Notes: a model not told the origin generated them from the sequence alone. 64,000 bases of DNA from Eledone cirrhosa (GCA_964016885.1 OZ024755.1:1798001-1862000), one strand, 5' to 3'; shown: positions 44,642-57,335, numbered from the stretch's first letter. Program-made: numbers and translations.

Positions 44642-44672
<31 letters not shown>

Positions 44673-45796
44673 GAGGGGGGGACAAGAAATAAAAAAATGT
44701 TAAGAGAGAAACTGCAGGTGTTAAGTCAAAATGAAGAAATTTAGTGATGAAACAACAACAACATTAATACTAATAATAGTGATGATGATGATGATGATGA
44801 TGAAACCTTTAATTGCCACAAAGAGATCACCCCACCCTCGTTTTAAAAATTAAAAATATATAGAGTATATATATATATATATATACACATACATGTACAT
44901 GAATATAGATACATATATACTTGTGTGTGTGTATCTCTGTGTATGGCTGTGCATGTGTATGTGTGTGTATACCGGAATGATGACCCAGCCAACCCTTGCT
45001 AGTAAGGAAAACAGATGTTAAATATATATATATAAATATATACATACTCACACACATATATATATATATATACATACACACACACACATATATACATATA
45101 CACACACTCGAATACTCACCTATACAGACACACATATACACACACACACATATATACATACACTCACACACACATACATACACTCACACACATATACATA
45201 CACTCACACATATGGATGAAGAGAAGCAGAAAATAAAGGAAGGAAAGAAATTATGAAAGAAAAAGAACCCAAGATGGAGAACGCCGCCCTCCTCCCAACA
45301 ACTATTATCACCACCACCCCACCACTGCCACCAACCCCCACTAACAGCAACCTCACCCCCACCACTATACCATTCTTTCCCTGATGATTGAAGTTTTTGT
45401 ACCAGTTAGAAAAAGGAATAAAATGAAGAATTGATTTTTAAAATTATAATGGGTTTTCTTTAGATCAGCACAAGGTTGGTAGATTTGGGATTGAATGAAT
45501 GTGTGTATATATATGTGTGTATCTATAGGTGTGAGTATATATCCAAAATGGCTGACTGAATAAACATGCTTTTTCTCAAAAAATGCTTTTGTTCCTTCCT
45601 CTTCTCGATGTCTTCTATCTTTCTATTTCATCTTTTATTTCTCATTCTATCTTCTAATGTTTGAAATTTAAAGACTCTTTTCCTACTATATCAAGTGTTA
45701 AACTAATATATTTATTCATTGTACTGTGCCGTTTGCTTTGTTGTTTCCGTTTACTTATTGCATACATATATATATATATATGATATGGAACAATTG

Positions 45797-45968
45797 ACTT
45801 TCGTCAAATCGGACCGAGGAAACAATGTTTCCGTTGGTCTTTCCAGTTGCTAATATTATCTATCGGTTACAACTCCAGGTAGAAGGAGAACGTGAAATAA
45901 AGTGTCTTGCTCAAGGACATAACACATCGCTCGGTCCGGGAATCAAACTCACAACCTCACAATTGCGA
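45797..45968 (-). mobile_element. SINE sharing the ccttgagcaagacactttatttcac core but with a different tail (second copy at 48800-48921)
   Basis: Two similar copies of ctttcgtcaaatcggaccgaggaaacaatg...cgtgaaataaagtgtcttgctcaagga. Confidence 0.7.
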
Positions 45969-46749
45969 ATCCATATATATGTGTGTGTGTGTGTGTGTAC
46001 ATACTCCCACCCAAATCCTTGTTCCTTGTCCAACCCATGCCAGCATGGGAAGCAAGGCATCCATAGCTGGAACTCACTCTCATCAAGGCTGACCCCATGA
46101 TTCAGTGTTTCCTCTCCCACATTCATATCATTACTCTCTATCTACTCCTCCATTCCTATGTCTTCTCAGTGCCAGTTGCACCTAGTCCACTCTGTAAAGT
46201 GGTCGTGCTGGTGCCATGATGAAAGGCACCAAGTAAGGTGGTAGTGCTACAGTCACAATAAAAAGGTTGTCAGTACATCCTGCAAAGTGGTTAGCAATAG
46301 AAAGGGTATCGAGGATTTAAGCATTTTTATATAGTATGTTGTAATGAAGAAATCATAACTGTTTTCACACAAACCCTGTCGTTTTTGACAGGTACTATGT
46401 TAGTCATGAAATATATGGTAAAAGTGTAAAATGTTTTATCTTATACACTCCTGTTTTCACTGTATTTCTAACTGGCTTTTCTAAAACAACTTTAACTACA
46501 TATCTCACAATACTTCCGAGAAACTATTTATGTGTGAATGTTTGTGTGTTTGTGTGAATGTGTGTGTGTGTGAATGTATGTGTTTATGTGAATGTGAATG
46601 TGTGTGTGTGTGAATGTGTGTGTGTGTGAATGTGTGTGTTTATCTGCATGTTTAAAGTTTATAAAAAAGAAATTTAAATTGTATTTAAACAATAAAAGAA
46701 AAATAAATATAAAAACTAAAAATACAACAAAACCCTCAACATCTACACC

Positions 46750-48392
46750 TGACACCACCACCACCACTACCACCACATTTACCACCACCACCACCACTAC
46801 ATTCACCACCACCACCACCACTTCACCACCACCACCACCACTACATTCACCACTACATTCACCACCACCACCACCACCACCACAACAACGAGCTGAAATC
46901 AATAGTGAAAAAGTATTGATTGGCTCCCCCTCCCTCCTCCAAATCAATTTAATTGTTGTTGTTAGCAGCTTCAAAGATGTAACTTTACTAATTATCAGGA
47001 GAGAAGGGGGGGGGGGGGGGGTAAGTGGATTGTTGTTTAGTGGGTGGTGGAGGTGGTAGTGATGTGACAGTGGTGGTGGTGTTGGTGGTGGTAGTGATGT
47101 GACAGTGGTGTTGGTGGTGGTAGTGATGTGACAGTGGTGGTAGTGTTGGTGGTGGTGTGATGTGACAGTGGTGGTGGTGTTGGTGGTGGTGTGATGTGAC
47201 AGTGGTGGTGGTGTTGGTGGTGGTGTGATGTGACAGTGGTAGTGATGTGACAGTGGTGGTGGTGTTGGTGGTGGTGTGATGTGACAGTGGTGGTGGTGTT
47301 GGTGGTGGTAGTGATGTGACAGTGGTGGTAGTGTTGGTGGTGGTGTTGGTGGTGGTGTGATGTGACAGTGGTAGTGATGTGACAGTGGTGGTGGTGTGAT
47401 GTGACAGTGGTGGTGGTGTTGGTGGTGGTGTGATGTGACAGTGGTGGTGGTGTTGGTGGTGGTGTTGGTGGTGGTGTGATGTGACAGTGGTGGTGGTGTT
47501 GGTGGTGGTGTGATGTGACAGTGGTGGTGGCGTTGGTGGTGGTGTGAGGTGACTGGTGGTGGTAGTGGTGCTGATGTGGCAGTGGTGGTGGTGATGATGT
47601 GACAGTGTTGGTGGTGGTTGTGATGTGACAGTGGTGGTGGTAGTGGTGCTGATGTGGCAGTGGTGGTGATGATGATGTGACAGTGGTGGTGGTGTTGGTG
47701 GTGGTGTGATGTGACAGTGGTGGTGTGATGTGACAGTGGTGGTGTGATGTGACAGTGGTGGTGTGATGTGACAGTGGTGGTGGTGTTGGTGGTGGTGTGA
47801 TGTGACAGTGGTGGTGGCGTTGGTGGTGGTGTTGGTGGTGGTGTGATGTGACAGTGGTGGTGGCGTTGGTGGTGGTGTGAGGTGACAGTGGTGGTGGTAG
47901 TGGTGCTGATGTGGCAGTGGTGGTGGTGATGTGACAGCGGTGGTGGTGGTGGTGTGACATGGTACCACTACTACCACCACCACCTCTACTACTTCTACTA
48001 CCACCACCACCTCTACCACTACTACTTCTACTACCATCTCTACCACTACTACCACCACCACCTCTACCACTACTACCACCACCACCTCTACCACTACTAC
48101 TTCTACTACCACCACCATCTCTACCACTACTACCACCACCACCTCTACCACTACTACTTCTACTACCACCACCACCTCTACCACTACTACCACCACCACC
48201 TCTACTACTACTACCACCACCATCTCTACCACTACTACCATTATCACCACCACCACTATCTCTACCACTACTACCACCACCACTACTTCTACTACCACCA
48301 CCATCTCTACCACTACTACCATTATCACCACCACTACTACGACCACCACCACTACCACCACTACGACCCCCACCACCACCACCACAACCACT
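46750..48392. repeat. (ACC)n / (GGT)n-gtgatgtgaca / (ACC,ACT)n triplet-derived arrays
   Basis: C-rich 46750-46885, G-rich 47041-47955, C-rich 47964-48392. Confidence 0.9.
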
Positions 48393-49204
48393 AATCCTTT
48401 GAATTGCATGTACAGTTCATCTGACAGGCTTCCAAACAGTTTCTGTCTACCAAACTTCACTAACAATAGTAACCTGCATGAAGTCTCACTTAACCTCTCC
48501 TTTTCTTCTGAAACTAGAGCATTTCTTAAGATTCTGTAGTGTTTTGGCCTAGTTTAATACAAAACTTTATAGCATAGCGACTTTCCAAATTGTCTGCATG
48601 TCCTCACTGTGCAAACTAGTCAGCTGTGACAAGCCATATTAGTATGGGTGGGTTCAAATTGTTATTACAGCCGTCTTGTTCAATATTGAATTACAAAAGT
48701 TTGCAGGTCAGCTTATTGGATGTACAGTCATGATATACTAAAATTAGTATAATCTAAGACATCTTGTAATATTTTAACATTTTTTGGGGGGATCGATCAA
48801 CTTTCGTCAAATCGGACCGAGGAAACAATGTCTTCGTTGGTCTTTCCAGTTGCTAATACTATCGATTGGTCGCAACTCCAGGTAGAAGGAGCAACGTGAA
48901 ATAAAGTGTCTTGCTCAAGGAGTCGTCAGAACATTGGATAGAATGTTCCAGCTGTCTGTGCTCTGAGTTCAAATCTTGCTAAGGTCATCTTTATATCTTT
49001 CAAGGTTTATAAAGTATTTGTTCAATATTGGAGTTGATTCTCTTTCTCTCTAGAAGAAATTGCTTTGGGTTTTTTTAATGTGGAGAGGAATGGGCTCTGC
49101 AATAATTGAGGTGGAGAATCTTGCCTACATGTATAAGTGACCCACATGTGAAAATTAGTTTGTGTTTAGAGAGAATTTAGACTACATGTGCTAAAAATAT
49201 ACCT

Positions 49205-49434
49205 TTAAACCTTTAGCATTTACATTACCCTACTATTGATATTATTGCTGTAAGGGCTTTACCTTATATAGTTATCTCAAATAATATTGAATCTTCGTGA
49301 TTTTAATGATGTTATTATTTATTTTAAGAACAATACCTTAATGTTGATATAAGTGGCTGGTTATGGCCAGTTTGAACAGAAAGAGATGAGAGAATTCAGG
49401 CCAGATATGGCTGGTTTAAATGCTAAAGGGTTAA
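49205..49434 (-). mobile_element. piggyBac-like MITE, copy 5
   Basis: TTAA-acctttagcattta...taaatgctaaaggg-TTAA. Confidence 0.8.
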
Positions 49435-49695
49435 CTCTTACATAACTATATTTGTAATGAAAGACACTGCTTATGATTTTCAAATGATTTTGTAAATCAA
49501 GAATTTGGAAGGATTTAGTAATATAACTAAGTTTCTCCATTACTAAACTGGTATTTGGAACATATGTTTAACAAAGGTTCTTATTTAATATTATGACAGA
49601 AGGTTTTTAGAGAAATATAAATATTTAAAAATAAATAGTTTTATATATTATAGAACAAAAAACAGGTTCAACCAGTTTGGTATCAAAAGGGTTAA
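49431..49695. mobile_element. Second TTAA-flanked MITE family
   Basis: Ends ggtatcaaaaggg-TTAA. Interior fragments recur at about 53570-53670, 55185-55310 and 58830-58940. Confidence 0.6.
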
Positions 49696-49846
49696 AACAA
49701 GTAGAAAATTATATTTGGCAGTTGAATCAAAATATCTTTTCTTTTTCTTCTTATAACTGCGTTTCTACAATTAGGAGGACATTTTTTTTCTTCTTATTGT
49801 TGAAACATATGGTAACATGCACTGACAGACATCATACGTCATAGTA

Positions 49847-50793
49847 ACATGTAGAGATATGTACATAGTCACACATATAGAGACATGTACGTAGTCACAC
49901 ATGTAGAGACATGTACGTAGTCACACATGTAGAGATATGTACGTAGTCACACATATAGAGACATGTACGTAGTCACACATATAGAGACATGTACATAGTC
50001 ACACATATAGAGACATGTACGTAGTCACACATATAGAGACATGTACGTAGTCACACATATAGAGACATGTACGTAGTCACACATGTAGAGATATGTACAT
50101 AGTCACACATGTAGAGACATGTACGTAGTCACACATGTAGAGACATGTACGTAGTCACACATATAGAGACATGTACGTAGTCACACATGTAGAGACATGT
50201 ACGTAGTCACACATATAGAGACATGTACGTAGTCACACATATAGAGACATGTACATAGTCACACATATAGAGACATGTACATAGTCACACATATAGAGAC
50301 ATGTACGTAGTCACACATATAGAGACATGTACGTAGTCACACATGTAGAGATATGTACATAGTCACACATATAGAGACATGTACGTAGTCACACATATAG
50401 AGACATGTACATAGTCACACATGTAGAGACATGTACGTAGTCACACATGTAGAGACATGTACGTAGTCACACATGTAGAGACATGTACGTAGTCACACAT
50501 ATAGAGACATGTACGTAGTCACACATATAGAGACATGTACGTAGTCACACATGTAGAGATATGTACATAGTCACACATGTAGAGACATGTACGTAGTCAC
50601 ACATATAGAGACATGTACGTAGTCACACATATAGAGACATGTACGTAGTCACACATGTAGAGACATGTACGTAGTCACACATATAGAGACATGTACGTAG
50701 TCACACATGTAGAGACATGTACATAGTCACACATATAGAGACATGTACGTAGTCACACATGTAGAGACATGTAGATATATCTACATAGTCACA
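49847..50793. repeat. 26-bp minisatellite, about 36 copies (diverged units resume at 51124-51258)
   Basis: Unit atgtac(g/a)tagtcacacat(a/g)tagaga(c/t). Confidence 0.95.
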
Positions 50794-51123
50794 CATCATC
50801 ATTTTACGTCCACTTTTCCTTACTTGCAAGGGTGGGACGGGAACTGATTCTGGCTTGATTTCTACAGCTGGATGCCCTTCCTAACACCAACCTCATTTAC
50901 AGTGAGTGCTGGGTGCTTTTTTGCCGTGGCACCTCCACGACCACTTTGCAGTGGAATGATAGGGACCCCAGTCCCTATCATCTCATTTCTACAGCTGAGT
51001 AAACTGGAGCAATGTGAAATAAAGTGTCTTGCTCAAGGAAACAACACATCACTCGGTCTGAGAATTGAACTCACAACCTTTCGATTGCAAGGCCAATGCT
51101 CTAACCACTAAGCCCTGTGCCCC
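50794..51123 (-). mobile_element. tRNA-derived SINE with head, core, hairpin and (GAT)n tail
   Basis: On -: A-box-like ggcttagtgg, B-box-like gagttcaattc, core ccttgagcaagacactttatttcac, hairpin atgatagggac-N4-gtccctatcat, family A tail. Confidence 0.85.
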
Positions 51124-51802
51124 TATAGAGACATATATAGTAACATGTAGAGATATATAGGTCGTCACACATATAGAGACATGTAGAGATATGTAGGTCG
51201 TCACACATATAGAGACATGTATAGAGATATGTAGGTCGTCACACATATAGAGACATATACAGAAACTGGGGAAATATACATTACATATGCATCAAAAGGC
51301 ATTTTAAGAGACATAAAAGTAATATGAACCCATATACAATATGTTTATTTGTAGTAAACAGACATTTAATCTGACTGTGGGGTATTCTAAGCTGGGATAC
51401 TGTCACAGCTACCCTAACATAGGGCTAAGTGCAGTGTATATTGATAATTCATACTAGTCAGCTAAAATTATACTAGATGTGAATAAGCTTTCACTAAGAA
51501 TAGATTGTTTAGAAAATCTATAAGATGTTAGTATGTTTCATACATCACCTTTATTGTGAATCACACTGTGTTAATACTATTGCTAATCTGATAGACACAG
51601 GAAGAAAATTAAGGCAATCATCATCATCATCATCATCATTATTATTTAATGTGCATTTATCTATACTTAGCAAAGCTAACCTTGGTGGGATTTCAACTCG
51701 GAATGTAAAGGACCGTAATAAATACTGTCAAACATTTGTCCGGCGCTCTACCGACTCTGCCAATCCACTATCCTATTAGTAACAGCAATGAAAGTAACTT
51801 AC

Positions 51803-51947
51803 TTCAATTATAAATGTGATGTCTGTCCGTTTCCCTGAGGGACTGAAGTCAGCTGACTCACTGGACCATTCCTGAAGAAATACACTTTTGGAACTGTTTC
51901 CTTCCAGCAGTTTAGGGGTCAAAGGATCACCATGTATTATGACACGT
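51803..51947 (-). CDS. Unidentified protein, internal exon
   Basis: tattctatttcctttcag|a-RVIIHGDPLTPKLLEGNSSKSVFLQEWSSESADFSPSGKRTDITFIIE|GTAAGT; 145 nt, phase 2-0; both splice sites consensus. Confidence 0.75.
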
Positions 51948-52028
51948 CTGAAAGGAAATAGAATAAATATTATAAATCTTCTTTTCAATAATATTGGAAT
52001 TGGAAAAAATGATACGTCTGGTTCACTC

Positions 52029-52324
52029 TACTATTTGGAGCTGAAACTTGGAGATCAACCCTTTACATTATACTATTTGGAGCTGAAACTTGGAGATCAA
52101 CCCTTTACCCTTTACATTATACTATTTGGAGCTGAAACTTGGAGATCAACCCTTTACCCTTTACATTATACTATTTGGAGCTGAAACTTGGAGATCAACC
52201 CTTTACCCTTTACATTATACTATTTGGAGCTGAAACTTGGAGATCAACCCTTTACCCTTTACATTATACTATTTGGAGCTGAAACTTGGAGATCAACCCT
52301 TTACCCTTTACATTATACTATTGG
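52029..52324. repeat. 49-bp minisatellite, about 6 copies
   Basis: Unit tactatttggagctgaaacttggagatcaaccctttaccctttacatta. Confidence 0.92.
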
Positions 52325-52337
52325 ATTTTCACAATAA

Positions 52338-52629
52338 TGATGTGTTGTTTCCTTGAGCAAGACACTTTATTTCACATTGCTCCAGTTTACTCAGCTGTAG
52401 AAATGAGATGATAGGGACTGTGGTCCCTATCATTCCACTGCAATAAAGCACCTAGTACTAACTGTAAATGAGGTTGGTGTTAGGAAGGACATCCAGCTGT
52501 AGAAATCAAGCCAGAATCAGTTCCCGTATGAGCAAGACAAGGTTAGCTGACCGGACACTGCCCACAACAGGACAACCTGTCTAACCCATGCTAGCGTGGA
52601 AGAACGGACGTAAAAACGGTGATGATGAT
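52338..52629 (+). mobile_element. 5'-truncated copy of the 50794-51123 SINE with a 14-bp TSD
   Basis: gattttcacaataa at 52324-52337 and 52630-52643. Confidence 0.85.
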
Positions 52630-52805
52630 GATTTTCACAATAAAGGCTTTATCTCACATAATATCAAATCGATGAGATTTTGATATCATTTATTTTGAGA
52701 ACAATACTTTAACATCAGTATGAGTGGTCAATCATAGCCAGTTTGAACAGAAAAAGGTGAGAGAATTCTGGCTGGATACAGTCGGTTTAAATGCTAAAGG
52801 GTTAA
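52630..52805 (-). mobile_element. piggyBac-like MITE, copy 6 (interrupted by the SINE; left end near 52295-52337)
   Basis: Interior, then aaatgctaaaggg-TTAA at 52802-52805. Confidence 0.75.
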
Positions 52806-54561
52806 GAGTTTCTCACTTAGGCACAAGCCCAACAATTTTTTGGGGGAAGGGAAAATTGATTAAATTGGACTCAGTGCATTACTGGTACTTTATTTTATCA
52901 ACCTCGTAAGTATGAAAGGCAAAGTTGACCTCGGTGGGAGCAGAGAGACAAAACAAAGACAACAAAGCATTCTAACAACTCTGCCAAATCGCCGCCTCGT
53001 TTTATATATATACCCTGCCCCACCATATAGCCATTTTTGTGTGAATTTATGTATACACATATGCATGTATATATGTGTGGGTGTTTATATGCAATTGTAT
53101 AAATATGGGTTACGAATTACATGATGTAACAATGAAACAATCAATTCACTACTACCACCACCACCACTGCCAATACCACCTTCAGAATCATCATCATCAC
53201 CACCTCCAGATATATCAATTAATTAGCTACCTACAACACACAATGGACTTTATGTAATTTAGATAAAACCTAATTTACATCAGTGGTCCCATGGTACCTT
53301 ACAGTAGTGACAGTGGAGTGGCAGTGGTGGAGTGATGGTGGAGTGATGGTGGTGGAGTGGCAGTGGTGGAGTGATGGTGGTGATGCCTAGACACCTCCTA
53401 ATTTACACTAGTAGTCCCATGGTACCTTACAGTAATGATTAAGAGTAACAGGTTTTGTTTCTATACCGGTTGATGTGGTTCTTCCTGTTGTTATATTGAT
53501 GATGGTGATGATGGTGGTGATGATGGTGTATAGACACCTCCTGTGTGGTAGTGGTGGTGGTGTTGTATTATAACCTTCTCATTACTAAGTTGGTGTTTGG
53601 AGCATAACTTAACAAAGGTTCTTATATAAAATTATGATAGATTTTTCAGATAAATATAAACACCTTAAAATAATCTGGAAAGAGATTTTGGGTAACATAG
53701 TCCTGAACAAATAGTGAAAAGAGGAAACTGGAGGGGATCAGTTTTGATCAGAGCTGACCTAGGGTTCAATAACACAGATCAGACTTGACCTAGGGTTCAA
53801 TAACACAGATCAGACTTGACCTAGGGTTCAACAACAACAAAAAGAAACACACACTTATCTCTATAATTGGTTCAAATAGTCAATCTCTCAATCTGTTTTC
53901 TACATGTGAAACTTTATACATTAGTAAAAGCACAAATTACCATTTTTAATGATGTACACTCAGTTACATGAACAATGTTTACATTGGGGGTGTATTTTGA
54001 TCTGTTTTGTGAATATATATATATATATACACATACATATACACACACACAATGGCTGCATCTCAGTTTTCAGAATTGCTATCCCTTGACCTTTTTCTCA
54101 TACATGGGTGGCAGGAACAGGACGTTTTAAGGACTTAGATTCCTTTCTGCCTAAGCTGTGGTAAAAAAACAAAGAAAAGGCCATGCTCACGCGACACACA
54201 TAAAAGTCATTTAGATCAAGTGATCCCACTCTCTGAACAATGGTGACAGCTATCCCAAAAGAACAGGTCAACACCAGAGTTTTCCTTCTGCTAGAATGAT
54301 GTCCTACCAAGAACTAGGGTTCTCTCACTCCCGGTGGGCCAACTGCATATTTCCATGTATAATAATAGATTAATTATTTCAAAATGACTTAATTAAAACA
54401 GTATATTATCGCTATATATATACAGTTATATACCATATGTTTATTAAACATATATTTAGTCTCTGTGATATTAGATCCCTTGTTACCCACAGATGCTTTG
54501 CAGCTGTATAAAATCTGGGGTGAATTTATTAGTTTCCCTTTTTATTAAAGGCTCGTCTTAC

Positions 54562-54583
54562 CTCTTCCATCTAAAATGATGAA
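54562..54583 (-). CDS. Candidate 22-nt exon of the - strand gene (or a 9-nt microexon at 54562-54570)
   Basis: ctacag|tt cat cat ttt aga tgg aag ag|GTAAGA; ends in phase 2, matching the 51947 acceptor (HHFRWKR-RVIIHGDP). Confidence 0.4.
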
Positions 54584-55662
54584 CTGTAGTAGTAGAAAGC
54601 TACTTATTAAAATGTAAACCAAGTAGATATAAATCCAGAACATTGCATCACTGTGTCATGTAAGAAGCAATTAAAATGGTTGGCACCAGGAAGAGCATCC
54701 AGCTGTAAAACATTGCCTAAAAAAGGACCTCATGAGGAGTATAAAATCTATCATAGAGTCCACAAGGGTTAATCCCTGATTTGGCTGGGAAAATGGCTCA
54801 TATTACAAATAGCACAGCTTATATACAAGTTATAGCTTACACCCTACGTAGGTTTTGTTGTCCTCCCACAAAGTTGCATCTCATAGGTATATTGGATGTT
54901 TAAATAACAAGGGCCCCAGTCCTATCATGAAAAGCAACATGTAATGAAGCTTCTGGCTCAAGAACACACTGTACTATTGAGTCCAGGAACTGAAACTGAC
55001 TGTATGGTTGTGAATCTACTCTAACCAACAGGCCACATTATCTTCACAGTGTATAATGGTAGAAGATTGAAGTCAATATGTACAATCTGAATTGAAAATA
55101 AAACACAATAGTGGTGGTGGTACAGAGTGTAGAGTGGAGTGTAAGTAGGAGACTGTAATTTGGAGTGAAGTGTAACTGGGTTAAATTAAGTTAGTGTTTG
55201 GAATATAACTCAACAAAGCTTCTTACATAAAATTATGGTAGGTCTTTACTTTAAACCAAACAGTTTTGTATTGTAAAAACAAGGGGTCTGACTAGTTACA
55301 AAGGGGTGAAATGAAAATAAAAAATATATTAAAATTTAACTTAAAAAAGCACCCAGTACACTCTGTAAAGTGGTAGTGTTGATGTCATGATAAAATGCAC
55401 CCAGCCCACTCTGTAAAGTGGTAGTGCTGATGTCATGATAAAATCTGTGTGACGTGTTAGGACTTGTACCATGATAAAACACAGACAGTGGCTGGTGTTA
55501 GGAAGGGTATCTTGCCATAGAAACCAAGCCAAACTGGAATATATGAGCAGGATGTGGTTTATATAAATGTGGAAAAGAGACATAAAATGGTGATGATTAC
55601 GATGATGAATAAATATATGTTTATTTCCAAACATATCTGGTGTCCATTGTGATATTAGATAC

Positions 55663-55718
55663 CAAATGAGGGAGAGGAAGGTTCTGAAAGATGAACTTTT
55701 GATTGCACCCATTCATTT
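55663..55718 (-). CDS. Candidate 56-nt exon of the - strand gene
   Basis: ttcaaattctag|a-NEWVQSKVHLSEPSSPSF-g|GTATCT; phase 2-1, compatible with the 22-nt exon; weak donor. Confidence 0.25.
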
Positions 55719-55907
55719 CTAGAATTTGAAACATTATTGGATAAAAAAAGTAAATTAATCTGCCCTACCAACAAAAAGAAAATCTATAAATAAAGTTTAA
55801 AAGAATGTATGTATGTGTGTATGTGTATATATATATATATAAAGGCACATGACCTGGGTTCAATTACTGGGTGGTATATTGTGTTCTTGATCAAAATAGT
55901 TTTCATA

Positions 55908-56075
55908 GGTGCAGGGCGTGGCTGTATGGTTAAGGAGTTCAGTTTGTAAACACATCTTTCTGGGATCAATGGTGTGGTGGTACCATGGGCAAATGTTTTC
56001 TACTGTAGCCTCAGGTTGACTAATGGCTTGTCAGTGGAATTTGGTAGGCGGATACTGCAGAGGACTATTCTATAT
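55908..56075 (+). mobile_element. tRNA-derived SINE of a further family
   Basis: A-box-like tggctgtatggttaag, then tgggcaaatgttttctactgtagcc...ggaatttggtaggcgga. Related fragments lie on - at about 31700-31745 and 48425-48460. Confidence 0.6.
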
Positions 56076-56713
56076 ATATAAAACAAGACCATCATGTGTA
56101 AGTGTGTCTCTCTCTCGCATATATAGATATATGTATCATCATCATCGTCATCGTTTAACGTCTATCTTCCACGCTAGCATGGGTTTAGACGGGAATTGTC
56201 CCACGTGAGGCAAGATTGGTTGTCTTGCTCGTATAGGACTGTCTGGTGGGTTTTCTACGGCTGGATGCCCTTCCTAACACCATGTATGTAAAAGGTAAAC
56301 AGAAATAACAACACAATCGGTACAGTATATGGAAGGGATATATTAGGTTAACACTTGATATAGCAGGAAGAGGGTCTTAACCTTTGGGACACTAGTCCTT
56401 CATCAGAAGAAAGAATGAGAAATGAGATAGATTGAGGGGACGGGTAGAATGAAAAAATAATTTTGTAAAGGGGAAACCTTTAAAAAATATTTTTTTAAAA
56501 TAAAAAACAATGGCAAAAAAGTGAAAGAAAAGACAGAGAAGTGGAAGGTGTTCAGTCATCGAGATGGACTTAGTTTTGACCTCTATATACACATGTATAG
56601 ATAATCCACAAACATAGCTTTGTTAAAGTTTAGTGAAGCCAAATATTTCTTCTCATTGTAAAACAATGGGTTGTATAGTAATATTAATTACAGCTGCAAA
56701 ACACTTATATGTG

Positions 56714-56764
<51 letters not shown>

Positions 56765-57240
56765 TTATGTATGTGTTTGTTTAAAACTATAATAGACAAT
56801 TGACTCAAGGACAGCTAATAACTCCCTAATTAAGTGGGGGAGGGGGTTGTAGAAGGAGGTGGAAATCATTGGTGGTGATGGTGGGTGTGGTGCAGTGATA
56901 ATGGTGATGGGAGTGGTAATGGTGGTGGTGGTGATGGTGATAATTGCTGAATATAAGAAATTTGATCCAGTTTTAATATAATTTTTGCCTGGATTCACAG
57001 TTCCTTTCTCACTACAAAAACAACTAACAATAACATTAACAACAACAAAATGTTGACTTTCTTACAAAAATATGGGCTAATTTCATTAGTAACTTAATTG
57101 ATGAAGCCAGAAAATGGGTACATATGTACGCACCCCCTCCCCCACACTAGTGCTACCCTCTCACTTTCATTTTGTTAGTCACTCCATCCCTCTGTCAGTC
57201 TATCTCTGGTGCTATATATATATATATGCATGTACATGTA

Positions 57241-57293
<53 letters not shown>

Positions 57294-57299
57294 TGTACA

Positions 57300-57335
<36 letters not shown>

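Noticed and set aside
46988-48466. Poly-Pro/His/Val ORFs (also 41616-42220, 59075-60646, 60800-61277)
   Set aside because: Translations of triplet and minisatellite repeats.
51055-51123. tRNA gene (also heads at about 22530, 39025 and 55910)
   Set aside because: Only A/B boxes are present, there is no full cloverleaf, and the sequence continues into SINE bodies.
40902-51947. Assignment of the - strand protein to Arpin
   Set aside because: Only a vague resemblance from memory; the acidic C-terminal Trp motif is absent.
54098-54310. Two adjacent - strand exons
   Set aside because: The implied intron is only about 36 nt and the phases do not fit the 51947 acceptor.
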